The translations under genes and the position numbers were made by a program. The notes below the pieces were generated by a model. The model ran no database searches, had not been told where the DNA came from, and saw only the letters and a program-made list of their open reading frames with translations. A stretch of 64,000 nucleotides of DNA from Octopus sinensis (Eukaryota): assembly GCF_006345805.1 (NCBI RefSeq), contig NC_043024.1, forward strand, positions 8,246,001 to 8,310,000, in the 5' to 3' direction. The first letter of the stretch is position 1, and every line of letters starts with the position of its first letter. Positions 63,978 through 64,000 of this stretch are shown here, in pieces.

Positions 63978-64000
63978 CAAATACATATATATATACATAT

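Overview
AT-rich, repeat-saturated eukaryotic genomic DNA, inferred to be cephalopod (Octopus-like) from its SINE families and very long (TA)n/(CA)n tracts. Two host genes are visible. (1) A spliced MMADHC (cblD cobalamin trafficking) gene on the + strand: 7 coding exons, 45725-57803, all GT-AG with matching phases, 284 aa. (2) One coding exon of a C2orf69-like gene on the - strand (5762-5941). The rest is retroposons (several tRNA-derived SINE families, an RTE-type GAT-tailed element, CR1/RTE/RTE-X fragments), non-autonomous Helitrons, mariner/piggyBac-type MITEs, minisatellites and a ~6 kb tandem duplication (~18.5-30.5 kb). The most striking unexplained structure is about ten different short, TA-microsatellite-embedded and often fold-back elements carrying minimal type-I hammerhead ribozyme motifs with palindromic stem III. 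These include core variants (G3-C8, U3-A8, A6U plus an extra nucleotide) and one family with compensatory stem II changes. Penelope-like-element (PLE) hammerheads are an established class; activity and novelty here are untested. All pairings and alignments were done by eye, and human protein/exon comparisons are from memory.
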